From contig DATEXG010000040.1 in assembly GCA_035257225.1 (NCBI GenBank), forward strand, positions 1-38,061: DNA of 38,061 nt, read 5' to 3'. Position 1 is the stretch's first letter; each line of letters opens with the position of its first letter. This DNA comes from Candidatus Limnocylindrales bacterium (GTDB lineage Bacteria > Chloroflexota > Limnocylindria > Limnocylindrales > CSP1-4). The notes under the pieces were generated by a model, which was not told the origin of the DNA, searched no databases, and worked only from the letters and a program-made list of their open reading frames with translations. This document shows, piece by piece, positions 1 through 8,718 of the stretch. Made by a program: the position numbers and the translations under genes.

Positions 1-116
1 ACCTGGCGGCCTTTGCCGCACGGACGGACCTCTTGCTGGACGACCTGGAGCCGTACCTGGGACTCGAGGCGCTCGCCGACACGGTGGGGGAGCAGCTGCC
101 GCTCTTCGGTTCCTGA
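1..116 (+). CDS. 3' end of an unidentified CDS (partial, runs off the window)
   Basis: Frame 3 is open from the window edge to TGA at 114-116. It reads LAAFAARTDLLLDDLEPYLGLEALADTVGEQLPLFGS*, which is protein-like, unlike the Arg/Pro-rich alternative frames. No family recognised. Confidence 0.3.
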   Translation, partial: LAAFAARTDLLLDDLEPYLGLEALADTVGEQLPLFGS

Positions 117-200
117 CGCGGTTCGGGTACCCTGGACCCAACAGCCCTCGCCGGACGACGCGCTGCGCCCGGCCGCTGGTGAGTCACCTGGAGGGTCCCG

Positions 201-1901
201 GTGGGCGAGCTCAGCAATTCTGCCGACGCGGTCAACGCGCTGGCGGACCGATTCTGGAACGGCATCCTGGATCTCTCTCCGATCACTGCGACAGTGCTCG
301 GCTACGAGCAGGGTCTGGACAGGCTGGACGACCCCGGGCCGGCCGGCCGCGAGAAGGCCCGGTCGCTCTTCCGCGACACGCTCGCCTCTGCGGACGCCAT
401 CGAGGCCGAGGCGGCCGAGACGTCGGGCCTGCCGCTCGAGGAGAGCATCACGCTCGACATAGTGCGGCTGATCTGCGAGGTCGAGCTGGAGCAGCAGGGC
501 CAGAGAATCGATCGACTCAAGGTCGTCGATCAGATGGACGGTCCGCAGACGATCCTGCCGATGCTCGCGGCCTTCCAGAAGACCGACACGCCCGAGAAGT
601 TCGACTTGTTTCTGGCGCGCCTGGCCGACTACCCGCGCTTCATGGGGGCCAACGCCGAGCTGGTTCGAGAAGGCCTGGCCGGTGGACTGACTGCCGCTCG
701 CATCGTGACCGAGCGCGTCATCAGTCAGCTGGAGCGGCTGCTGGCCCTGCCTGACGAGCAGTCGCCGGTGGCCACGACCCTCTCCGTGCCGACGGAAGCC
801 GATCGCGAGCGGCTCGTCGTCGCCATCGGCAAGTACGTCCGGCCGGCCGATCGGGCCTTCCTCGAGGCGCTGCTCGGCGCGTACCGCGGGGCTTCCCGAC
901 AGGAGCCGGGCCTATGGTCCGCACCCAACGGCGAGCAGATATACCGAACTCAGATTCGAGCCTGGACGTCTCTCGACATAGACGCGGACGAACTGCATCG
1001 GCTCGGCCTGGAAGAGCTGGAGGCCATCGAGGGCGAGCGGCGGGTCATCGCCCGGGACCTCGGTTTCGGCGACGACACCAAGGCAGCCCGTGCCGCGCTG
1101 CGGAACGACCCCGCCGCCATCCCGGGGTCGATCGACGAGTTGCTCGACCGCGCCCGCGGCCAGATCGAGCGGGCTCTCGCCGCAGCCCCTGACTACTTCG
1201 GGCGGCTGCCGAGAGCGGCCTGCGAGGTCCGCGCGGTGGAGCCGTACAAAGAGCAGGACGCACCCGCCGCCTACTACTACCCGCCGGCGATCGACGACAG
1301 CCGGCCCGGTGTCTACTACGTGAACACGTACGACCTGCCCAGCCGCAGCTATGTTGGCCTGGCCAGCATGAGCTTCCACGAGGCGGTCCCGGGCCACCAC
1401 TTCCAGATCGCGCTTCAGAGCGAGCATCCGAGCCTGAATGCGTTCCGGCGGATGGGCTCGCGGATGGCAGGGATGGCATACGTAGAGGGATGGGGCCTCT
1501 ACTCGGAGCGCCTGGCCGACGAGATGGGCCTGTTCCTCAATCAGGCCGAGCGGTTCGGGATGCTGGACGGCCAGTCCCACCGGGCGGCGCGTCTGATCGT
1601 GGACACCGGCATCCACGCCTTCCGATGGACTCGCGAGCGGTCGATCGCGCAACTCCTGGAGGCCGGGCTTTCGGAGACCGACGCGGTCATCGAGACGGAC
1701 CGCTACATCTGCCTGCCGGCCCAGGCCCTTACCTACAAGGTAGGCCAACGCGAGATCGAACGGCTCCGGCGCGAGGCTGCGGCGCGTCTCGGGCCGGCCT
1801 TCGACCTGCGAGCTTTCCACGACGCGGTCCTGGGCCACGGCACACTTCCGCTGGCGACGCTCGCCAAAGAGCTGCCGGGCTGGCTGGGCGCCGCAGGGTA
1901 A
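201..1901 (+). CDS. DUF885 family protein (HExxGH-type metallopeptidase-like fold)
   Basis: 566-aa ORF with a GTG start 5 nt after GGAGGG. It has the characteristic DUF885 motif FHEAVPGHHFQ and the downstream YVEGWGLYSERL and IVDTGIH segments. Confidence 0.85.
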   Translation: MGELSNSADAVNALADRFWNGILDLSPITATVLGYEQGLDRLDDPGPAGREKARSLFRDTLASADAIEAEAAETSGLPLEESITLDIVRLICEVELEQQGQRIDRLKVVDQMDGPQTILPMLAAFQKTDTPEKFDLFLARLADYPRFMGANAELVREGLAGGLTAARIVTERVISQLERLLALPDEQSPVATTLSVPTEADRERLVVAIGKYVRPADRAFLEALLGAYRGASRQEPGLWSAPNGEQIYRTQIRAWTSLDIDADELHRLGLEELEAIEGERRVIARDLGFGDDTKAARAALRNDPAAIPGSIDELLDRARGQIERALAAAPDYFGRLPRAACEVRAVEPYKEQDAPAAYYYPPAIDDSRPGVYYVNTYDLPSRSYVGLASMSFHEAVPGHHFQIALQSEHPSLNAFRRMGSRMAGMAYVEGWGLYSERLADEMGLFLNQAERFGMLDGQSHRAARLIVDTGIHAFRWTRERSIAQLLEAGLSETDAVIETDRYICLPAQALTYKVGQREIERLRREAAARLGPAFDLRAFHDAVLGHGTLPLATLAKELPGWLGAAG

Positions 1902-2048
1902 TTGCTCGGCGCCTTGTCGCTGTCCGCCGTCGCTTCGCGCAAAGCCACAAGCGGTCCAGAGCGCTACGCGAGCGGCGGCAGCTCCCGGCGCCGCACGGAC
2001 CTCCGAGCGGCGGACAGCGAGGAGGCGCCCGTCAAGACAGAGCGCAGG

Positions 2049-2738
2049 CTAGCGCTTGGCGTAGTTGCGCAGGATCTTCGCGATGGCGCCGTAGCCGCCC
2101 TCATCGGCCATGTCGATCGCGGTGCGGCCGTCGTCGCTCTTGCGCGTGGGGTCCGCGCCGCGCAGGAGCAGCATGTCGACGACGGCCTCGTCGCCGGCCC
2201 GGGCGGCGGCGTGAAGTGGCGTCCAGCCGCCGTGCTGGACGGCGTTCGGCGACGCACCGTGGGCGAGGAGCAGGCCGGTCATGTCACGATGCCGAGCCGA
2301 GACCGCGCTGTGGAGCGGCGTCGCGCGCATCTCGTTGAGGGTGACGGCGTTGCGATCCGCGCCACGCTCGAGCAGCAACCGGGCCACCTCCAGCCGGCCG
2401 AAGTAGGCCGCCAGGTGCAGCGGCGTGAAGCCATCGCTGCCGCCCTCATCGATGGAGGCGCGATCGCCCCCTAGGAGCTGCCGCACCGCGGCCACGTTCC
2501 CGACGGCCGCCGCGTCGAAGATGCTCAGGCCGTTGGCCACCTTCGCCAGTCTCTCAGCAAGATCCTCCGCCAGACGAGAGTGACCGGCGTAGGCCGCCGC
2601 CAGTACCGGCGAGAGCCCAGCCTCGTCGCGAGCCCGGAGCAGACCTTCATCCGCGGCCAGCGCCTCGTCGACCGCCTGCTTGTCGCCACGGCGCACGATC
2701 TCGAAGAAAGCTGCGGCGGGCCGGCCCCGATCGATCAT
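2049..2738 (-). CDS. ankyrin repeat protein
   Basis: At least three consecutive ANK repeats, e.g. GFTPLHLAAYFGRLEVARLLLERGADRNA, ATPLHSAVSARHRDMTGLLLAHGASPNA and GWTPLHAAARAGDEAVVDMLLLRGADPT. RBS GAGGGAAG precedes the ATG. The start lies 13 nt after the stop of the upstream aminotransferase. Confidence 0.85.
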   Translation of the reverse strand: MIDRGRPAAAFFEIVRRGDKQAVDEALAADEGLLRARDEAGLSPVLAAAYAGHSRLAEDLAERLAKVANGLSIFDAAAVGNVAAVRQLLGGDRASIDEGGSDGFTPLHLAAYFGRLEVARLLLERGADRNAVTLNEMRATPLHSAVSARHRDMTGLLLAHGASPNAVQHGGWTPLHAAARAGDEAVVDMLLLRGADPTRKSDDGRTAIDMADEGGYGAIAKILRNYAKR

Positions 2739-2751
2739 GTTTCTTCCCTCA

Positions 2752-4041
2752 CTAGCGAGTCGGCGCGGGCACCCCGGTCGGCCTGGCTATCTCCCGGAGC
2801 GCCTGGGCCAGGCGCTCGATCTCGGCGGGCTCGTTGTAGTGGACGAATCCGACCCGGACCATTCCGCCGGACTCGTCCAGGCCGAGGGCTCGGATCAACT
2901 CGTAGGCATAGTAATCGCCATCCCAGACGGCGATACCGCGCCGGCCGAGCTCGGTCGCGACCTCGCGCGGCGTGCGACCGGCCAGCGTGAACGCGAACGT
3001 TGGGACTCGGTCGTCGATCCGGGCCGGGTCGACGATGCCGCGCAGGGTCAATCCCGGCACCTCCCCGAGTGCCGCAAGGGCCCGGAGAGCCAGCCCGCGC
3101 TCCGTCCCGCGGATTGCGTGCATCGCCGCGGCCAGGGCCGCCCGCCGGTCAGTGGCGTCGATCTGGGCGCCGCCGAACTCCCGGCCGAGCCACTCCAGGT
3201 AACCGAACGTCCCGAGCAGCCCGGCGATCGACTCACCCGGGAGCGTGCCCGTCTCCCATTTGCCGGGCGGCTCATTGGAGGCCGGCCGGACCTTATAAGC
3301 GGCCAGGCGGTCGAGCAGCTCGCGCCTCCCGTAAAGGAGGCCGAGATGCGGGCCGAAGAACTTGTAGGGCGAGCAGACCAGGAAGTCGGTCCCGAGGGCG
3401 GTCGCGTCGATTGCGAGGTGAGGCGCGGCGTGAACCGCGTCCACGTACGTCCAGGCCCCCACGTCATGGGCCATGGCCACGATCCGAGACACCGGGTTGA
3501 TCGTTCCGACCGCATTCGAGGCCATTCCGACCGCCACGACACGGGTACGCGTGCTAAGGGCCCGTTCCAGGCCGGCCATGTCGAGCGTGCAGTCGTCGGG
3601 CCGGATCTCGACCCAGCGAACGACCGCGCCGCGCTCCTCCTGCAGAGCCAACCACGGCGCCACGTTGGCGTCGTGGTCCAGGCGCGTCAGTACGATCTCG
3701 TCGCCTTCTCGCAGCGTCCGCCCGATGGCCCGGCTGACGGCGAAAGTGAGCGTCGTCATGTTCTGACCGAACACGACCTCGTCCGCGTCGCCGGCGCCGA
3801 GGAAGTCGGCCGCGGCGGCATGGGCCTCGGCCAGCACGGCGTCGCTCTCCTCGCTGGTGGGGAAGGCGCCCTCGTGGTTGGCATTGCTGCGCTCGAGGTA
3901 GGAGGCCATCGCCTCGATCGTCCGCCGCGGTACCTGCGTGCCTCCGGGACCGTCCAGGTAGGAATACGGCCGGCCATCGTGCAGGCGCGACAGGGCAGGG
4001 AACTGGGACCGGACCTGCGAGAGGCGATCGATGGGGAACAT
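2752..4041 (-). CDS. class-V aminotransferase / cysteine desulfurase-like protein (VC1184-type subfamily look)
   Basis: N-terminus reads VRSQFPAL...YLDGPGGTQVP...SNANHEGAFPTS. The PLP-lysine context is SPYKFFGPHLG. Overall length is 429 aa. Confidence 0.85.
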   Translation of the reverse strand: MFPIDRLSQVRSQFPALSRLHDGRPYSYLDGPGGTQVPRRTIEAMASYLERSNANHEGAFPTSEESDAVLAEAHAAAADFLGAGDADEVVFGQNMTTLTFAVSRAIGRTLREGDEIVLTRLDHDANVAPWLALQEERGAVVRWVEIRPDDCTLDMAGLERALSTRTRVVAVGMASNAVGTINPVSRIVAMAHDVGAWTYVDAVHAAPHLAIDATALGTDFLVCSPYKFFGPHLGLLYGRRELLDRLAAYKVRPASNEPPGKWETGTLPGESIAGLLGTFGYLEWLGREFGGAQIDATDRRAALAAAMHAIRGTERGLALRALAALGEVPGLTLRGIVDPARIDDRVPTFAFTLAGRTPREVATELGRRGIAVWDGDYYAYELIRALGLDESGGMVRVGFVHYNEPAEIERLAQALREIARPTGVPAPTR

Positions 4042-4459
4042 GTTCGCTCGGGCTGCGGGCGGCTGACGCAGACGATGTTACGACTCGCCCGAACGACCGG
4101 CCGGGTCCCGCGCACCTGGGATGAGACTGAAGCGTCTGGGACGCCAGCTTGATCCCGTAGCGATTACTCCGGGACGAGACTTGGGTGTCACCAACATGAC
4201 ACCCGCGAGGTATTGACTAATCCTTAGTAACTATGTCAACATTCAACCAGACGTTGCGCCTCCTGGGACGTAATAGGCCGTTCCCACCGGAACTCCGACC
4301 CAGGCAGGTAGGCCGATAAGGCCTATCAGGGTCAGGTGGCCCGAGGACCGCAACAGACTGGAAATGGTCACGCCGGCATTAGTACGGGGTGATGTGCAGC
4401 GCGGAGGCTGCGGAGAAGCCGCCTGGCTTCCAATTCTGAAGCTTTCTAGGAGAGGCACA

Positions 4460-5227
4460 ATGCTCGACGGGAATGCGGTTCGGTCAGTCGACCGTGCTGC
4501 GTCACTCCTGATTGCCCTGGGGGAGACGCAAGGAGAGGCAGGGGTCACCGAGTTGGCGCGCCGCCTCGGACTCCACAAGTCAACCGCGTCGCGATTGCTT
4601 GCCACTCTCCAGAAGCGCGGCCTGGTGGAACAAGACGACGACTCAGGGAAGTACCGGCTGGGACTGGCAGTCGTGCGGCTCGGGGGCCATGCGGAGAAGT
4701 CGCTGGACCTGCGGTCGATCGCGATGTCGGAGCTCGAGGCTCTCGCCAGGTCCATCCATGAAACCACCACCCTCGAGGTCCTCGAGGGCGATAGCGTCCT
4801 CACGATCGCCTATTCGGATGCCTCCGGAATGGGCCGTGACCGGACCGGCCGCAACTCGCCGCTCCACGCGACGGCTCCGGGCAAGGTGCTTCTCGCCAGC
4901 CAGCCCGAGCGTGAGGTCATCCGCCTCTCGAAGATCGGGTTCACGCCGTACACGTCTCACACCATCGTGCGGGTGGATCTCCTTCTCGAAGAGCTCGCTC
5001 GGGTCCGCAAGCGTGGCTTCGCCACAGCTTTCGGTGAGCACGAGCCCTCCGTGAACGCCGTGGCGGTGCCGGTATTCGACCAGCGAGCGGCCGTCGTGGC
5101 CACACTCGAAGTCCGCGCCTCGGGCAACCGGATCACGCCCAGCCGCGTGCCCGAGCTCGTGGATTGCGCCCGCGAGGTTGCGGCAGTGATCACCGACCGC
5201 ATCGGGGGAGTGGTGGCCTCACTCTGA
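4460..5227 (+). CDS. IclR family transcriptional regulator
   Basis: Winged-HTH segment VDRAASLLIALGE...GVTELARRLGLHKSTASRLLATLQKRGLVEQD..GKYRLG followed by an IclR effector domain. I chose the ATG at 4460 (RBS AGGAGAGG 5 nt upstream) rather than the ORF-track start at 4364. Confidence 0.85.
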   Translation: MLDGNAVRSVDRAASLLIALGETQGEAGVTELARRLGLHKSTASRLLATLQKRGLVEQDDDSGKYRLGLAVVRLGGHAEKSLDLRSIAMSELEALARSIHETTTLEVLEGDSVLTIAYSDASGMGRDRTGRNSPLHATAPGKVLLASQPEREVIRLSKIGFTPYTSHTIVRVDLLLEELARVRKRGFATAFGEHEPSVNAVAVPVFDQRAAVVATLEVRASGNRITPSRVPELVDCAREVAAVITDRIGGVVASL

Positions 5228-5232
5228 GCCCG

Positions 5233-5250
5233 GGCCCGCCTGGGCGGGCC
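5233..5250 (+). terminator. GC-rich stem-loop directly after the iclR stop (possible intrinsic terminator, no U-tract)
   Basis: GGCCCGCC-TG-GGCGGGCC, effectively a 7-bp stem with a 4-nt loop, begins 6 nt after the stop at 5227. It is followed by the small palindrome CAACTA-CA-TAGTTG (5253-5266), which overlaps a TTGACC -35-like hexamer for the mscS-like gene. Confidence 0.3.
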
Positions 5251-5360
5251 GGCAACTACATAGTTGACCCTTGCGGCCCCTCGGTCCCCCTCCCGAGGGG
5301 CCGCCTCTTTGTGCGGCGGCGTTGGGTTCGCAAAGCGGCGGGGCGCGCTACGCTATCGGC

Positions 5361-6326
5361 ATGGCGACCCAATTCGATCCGATCCTGACGCTGCCGTGGA
5401 ACGGGGAGAAGCTTGAGCTTGCACCGTACCTGAGCGCCGCGGCCGCGGTTCTGGCCATCGTGGTCGTGGCGGCGATCGTGATCCGGCTGGCTCACGTCTT
5501 CGTTGCCGGCGTCGCGCGTGCCCTCCTGGACAGGGAGAACCTGGAGGGGACGGCACAGGAGCTCTCCAGCGTCGAACTGAAGAAGCGGACGGATACCATC
5601 GAGACGCTCGGCGTCAACGTCATTCGTTTCTTCGTCGTGGTGATCGCCGGCCTGATGATTCTCCATGCCGGGTTCAACCTGGACATCGGGCCGGCAGTCG
5701 CCGGCCTCGGCATCGCCGGCATCGCCATCGGCCTGGGGACGCAGAATCTCGTCCGCGACTACTTGAACGGTGCCCTGATCCTCATCGAGAACCAGTACGC
5801 GAAGGGCGACGTCGTCCGCATCGCCGGCGTGTCGGGCAAGGTCGAGGACTTCACGCTGAGGCGCACCACGCTGCGCGACCAGGACGGGACCGTGCACACC
5901 GTCCCCAACGGGGAGATAACGGTCGCCTCGAACCTGACGCGGGTCTGGGCCAGGGTCAACCAGGACGTCCAGGTTGTCTACGGCACGGACATCGAGAAGG
6001 CCACCGCCGTCGTCGATCGCGTGGGCCAGCTGATGCTCGCGGATCCGGAATGGGGCCCGCGCATCCTGGCGGCACCCGCCGTCGAACGTGTCTCGGCGCT
6101 GGGCGAGCTGGGCGTGACCCTGAAAGTCGTCGGCACCGTTCGCGCCTCGGAGCAGTGGGGCGTGGACGGAGAGCTTCGGAAGCGGCTGCTGGCCGCTTTC
6201 GCCGAGAGCGGAATCGAGATCCCGCAGCCTCAGCGCGTGCTGCTGACTCAGCCCGGACGTGATGGCGCGGCGCCGCGTCTCGATCAGGAGCCGGCGCCGG
6301 ATCGGGCCGACATCAAAGAAGGCTGA
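5361..6326 (+). CDS. mechanosensitive ion channel family protein (MscS-like)
   Basis: TM helices followed by the MscS core GTQNLVRDYLNGALILIENQYAKGDVVRIAGVSGKVEDFTLRRTTLRDQDGTVHTVPNGEI. Start taken at ATG 5361 (MATQFDP...) because the upstream 30 codons are Pro/Gly-rich. Confidence 0.85.
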   Translation: MATQFDPILTLPWNGEKLELAPYLSAAAAVLAIVVVAAIVIRLAHVFVAGVARALLDRENLEGTAQELSSVELKKRTDTIETLGVNVIRFFVVVIAGLMILHAGFNLDIGPAVAGLGIAGIAIGLGTQNLVRDYLNGALILIENQYAKGDVVRIAGVSGKVEDFTLRRTTLRDQDGTVHTVPNGEITVASNLTRVWARVNQDVQVVYGTDIEKATAVVDRVGQLMLADPEWGPRILAAPAVERVSALGELGVTLKVVGTVRASEQWGVDGELRKRLLAAFAESGIEIPQPQRVLLTQPGRDGAAPRLDQEPAPDRADIKEG

Positions 6327-6364
6327 GGGTCTTGAGCCGGTAGGTGGGGTTGGGGTCGTAACGC

Positions 6365-7618
6365 CTAGGAGGCGCGGACGGAGGGGTTCGTGTTCCGGCC
6401 CCCGCCGAAGATGCCCAAGAACCCGCTGCCGGACTTGGCCGCGCCGGACTCGCGCGTCGCCATCATCCGGTCGCACAAGGTCTCGATGTCCTCGATGACC
6501 TTCTCTTTCGGGAAGCGCTCCACGGCCGAGCGACCCTCGTTCGCTGCCCGAACGAAGAGCATCCCGGCCGACCGCACCTCTGCCAGCGCCGGCATCCCGA
6601 CCGTCCGCTCCATGTCCGCGACGGAGACGCCGCTGTTGGCGCGATTCACGACCATGGCCAGGCGCTCGCGGATCTCCAGCTCGACGGCCACTTCGCGGAA
6701 CTGGACCGCGGCACGGATGGCGGGCACGTCCGGGGTGACCGGAACGATGATCTTGTCCGCTCGCTCGAAGATGACCTGGTTGAGCGGTCCGTAGTCCGGG
6801 TGCATGTCGACGATGACCCAGTCGTAGACGCGGCAGGCCGTGGTTATGGCCTCCGCTACGCGCTTGGGGTCGAGGATCTCGGTGTGGAGAGGCGACTCTG
6901 CCATCACCAGTACGGAGACGCCGTTCTGATGAGTGGAGGCGATCTCGCTGAACGACTCCGCTACGCCGCTGTCGAAGTCCTCGGTCCAGGCGTCCGCCAC
7001 GGTCCGAACGTTCTCCATGCCCAGCGACGAGGCCACATGGCCGGTCACGGTGTCGCAGTCCACGAGAAGCACACGCTGGTGCTTGCGGACCTGCAGCAGC
7101 GCGGCCGCGTTGACGGCGATCGTCGTCTTGCCCACGCCGCCCTTGGGATTGAAGACGATGACGATCTGACCGCGGCGGGTCTCCGAAGCGGTCTCGATCT
7201 GCGAGTCCGACTCGATGATGGCGCCCCTGGTGTCGTCGATCGAGATCTCGGCCCGAATGAGCATCGCCTCGACCCGCCACCGGAGTGACTCGGCGGAGTA
7301 GGGTCGGGTGAAGTATTCGTCGTTGACGCGCGCTCGGCCGGCGAGACTCATGCGGTCCAGGGCACGGGCCGCAACGACCATGAGGGCCGGGATGTTGCGG
7401 TCCTCATCGTGGAGTATCGCGTACATCTCGAGCGTGCGATCGAAGTCGTTCTCGCCGTCGAGGATGGCCACCCCGATGTCGTGCCGCCTGTTGAGGAGCT
7501 CCTCGAGCTCGTCGGCGGTCTCGACCGCGATCGGCTCGTAGCCAGCCTCAGCGAGCTGTGCGCTCACTGCGACTAGCTCAGATTGCGGTAGAGCAATGGC
7601 GACAGCTGGCCGAGGCAC
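6365..7618 (-). CDS. ParA/MinD/CpaE-type P-loop ATPase with N-terminal degenerate receiver (REC-like) domain
   Basis: Deviant Walker A with signature lysine, IVIVFNPKGGVGKTTIAVN (residues about 152-170). A'-like motif VLLVDCD and Walker B WVIVDMHPD are present. Residues 1-125 follow a CheY-like alternating pattern that keeps a candidate Asp (AILD54) but has RP instead of the KP lysine and Ala instead of Thr/Ser. GTG start. Confidence 0.8.
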   Translation of the reverse strand: MPRPAVAIALPQSELVAVSAQLAEAGYEPIAVETADELEELLNRRHDIGVAILDGENDFDRTLEMYAILHDEDRNIPALMVVAARALDRMSLAGRARVNDEYFTRPYSAESLRWRVEAMLIRAEISIDDTRGAIIESDSQIETASETRRGQIVIVFNPKGGVGKTTIAVNAAALLQVRKHQRVLLVDCDTVTGHVASSLGMENVRTVADAWTEDFDSGVAESFSEIASTHQNGVSVLVMAESPLHTEILDPKRVAEAITTACRVYDWVIVDMHPDYGPLNQVIFERADKIIVPVTPDVPAIRAAVQFREVAVELEIRERLAMVVNRANSGVSVADMERTVGMPALAEVRSAGMLFVRAANEGRSAVERFPKEKVIEDIETLCDRMMATRESGAAKSGSGFLGIFGGGRNTNPSVRAS

Positions 7619-7660
7619 TTGTGACAGGTCTCCTGCGGCGCGAGAGCCGGTCGGTGAAAT

Positions 7661-8587
7661 CTAGCCTTCCGCTTCCGGGTCGTGCGCGGAGACGTTCAGC
7701 ACGCCTTCGCGCTCGCTCACGACGCGAGCCTGGAATGCGGGCAGGGTTGGGATGAGCTGATTCAGCGAGGTGTCCGCGCTGTGACCGACGGTGAAGATGA
7801 ACTCGCCGTCCGGGCCGGACGAGACGCCGACGTTCTTCACGCCCGGCAGACGGCCGACCTGGCGCTTGAACGTGGCGATGCTGGCGACGCTGACGAGTCC
7901 AACCACCACTACCTGAGTCGACTCGACCGAACCCGGCTTGCCGGGGGCTCCGCGACCGCCTGCCAGGCGGGCGTCCGTGGCCTCTTCGGTGAGATCGGGC
8001 GTTGGCTCTGCCTCGGCCGGCTGCGCTCCGTTTGCACCGGCTCCAGTCTCCGCTACCACGGGCCTGACGATTTGCTCGCGGCGGGCACGCAAGTCCTCAG
8101 CGATGCTGGTGCGATCGGAATCGGCGAACTCCGGCGGATCCGGCATCTGGGCTGCCATGCTCGCGAAGACGGTCGGATCGCTTTCCTGCTGGAGCTGCTC
8201 GAAGAACTGGGCAACCTCCTGCTCGAAGCTCGCGACGCGCTTCTGAACGCGCTCGATCTCGAGCTCGATGGCCGAGTTGTATTCCTGGAGCTCCTGCTCG
8301 AGGAGTTCGCGGCGGCGCGAGATGCGCTGCTCGGTCTCGACGCGAATGCGCTCCATCTCGGCCTTGGACCAATCCCGGATGGCGCTTACGTCGGCCTCAG
8401 CGGCCTTTCTCAGCGATGCGGCCTCGTCGTCCGTCCGCGCATGGAGTCGCTCTGTGTACGCCTTGGCATCTGCCTGGCACTGCTCGATCGTCCCCTGCCG
8501 CGCCGTTTCGGCGGTCGAACGCATCGTCAAGATGAGGTCGGCCATGAAGCGGTTCGGGTGACGCGCGGCCGTCTCGTTCACGCTCAT
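7661..8587 (-). CDS. coiled-coil protein (paralog 2) with an extra C-terminal globular domain
   Basis: 308-aa ORF. Residues about 15-165 are heptad-rich (ELLEQELQEYNSAIELEIERVQKRVASFEQEVAQFFEQL) and align along their length with the 8988-9575 product. An Ala/Gly/Pro/Glu linker follows, then an 80-aa domain VVVVGLVSVASIATFKRQVGRLPGVKNVGVSSGPDGEFIFTVGHS... The true start may be the GTG two codons in (GGAG-N6-GTG). Confidence 0.7.
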   Translation of the reverse strand: MSVNETAARHPNRFMADLILTMRSTAETARQGTIEQCQADAKAYTERLHARTDDEAASLRKAAEADVSAIRDWSKAEMERIRVETEQRISRRRELLEQELQEYNSAIELEIERVQKRVASFEQEVAQFFEQLQQESDPTVFASMAAQMPDPPEFADSDRTSIAEDLRARREQIVRPVVAETGAGANGAQPAEAEPTPDLTEEATDARLAGGRGAPGKPGSVESTQVVVVGLVSVASIATFKRQVGRLPGVKNVGVSSGPDGEFIFTVGHSADTSLNQLIPTLPAFQARVVSEREGVLNVSAHDPEAEG

Positions 8588-8682
8588 CTCCCCGTAGTTG
8601 GATTCTCCGGGCCCCGGCCGGGCGCCGGAGAGGTCCCGATTAGGTCACGACCAGATGTGGACATACTAGGCTACTGCGCGGT

Positions 8683-8718
8683 GCCTGAGACTACGCACCA
8701 TTATCGCCGGTCTCAGGC
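8683..8718 (-). promoter_or_regulatory. perfect 9-bp inverted repeat (hairpin) in the 400-bp spacer between the two coiled-coil paralogs
   Basis: GCCTGAGAC (8683-8691) and GTCTCAGGC (8710-8718) are separated by 18 nt. It could be a terminator or processing hairpin, or an operator upstream of paralog 2. There is no U-tract. Confidence 0.3.

Noticed and set aside
4042-4182. Possible riboswitch (for example SAM or PLP-related) in the leader of the class-V aminotransferase.
   Set aside because: I could not recognise any conserved riboswitch core (SAM-I/II/IV, glycine, TPP, cobalamin) on the minus strand. Only small generic hairpins are present.
5256-7280. Very long alternative-frame/antisense ORFs. 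Examples: 5256-7280 (-, 674 aa), 2680-4152 (+, 490 aa), 14953-16680 (+, 575 aa), 28085-29905 (+, 606 aa), 28899-30383 (-, 494 aa), 912-1838 (-), 7682-8875 (+).
   Set aside because: Their translations are dominated by Arg/Gly/Pro/Ala runs typical of off-frame reading in high-GC DNA. Each overlaps an ORF with clear family motifs. They show no recognisable domains.
6365-7618. Interpreting the REC-ATPase as CpaE/TadZ of a Tad/Flp pilus locus.
   Set aside because: No CpaF/TadA ATPase, TadB/C platform proteins, pilin, prepilin peptidase or secretin-like genes occur anywhere in the 38 kb. The neighbours are the coiled-coil paralogs, an MscS channel and thyX.
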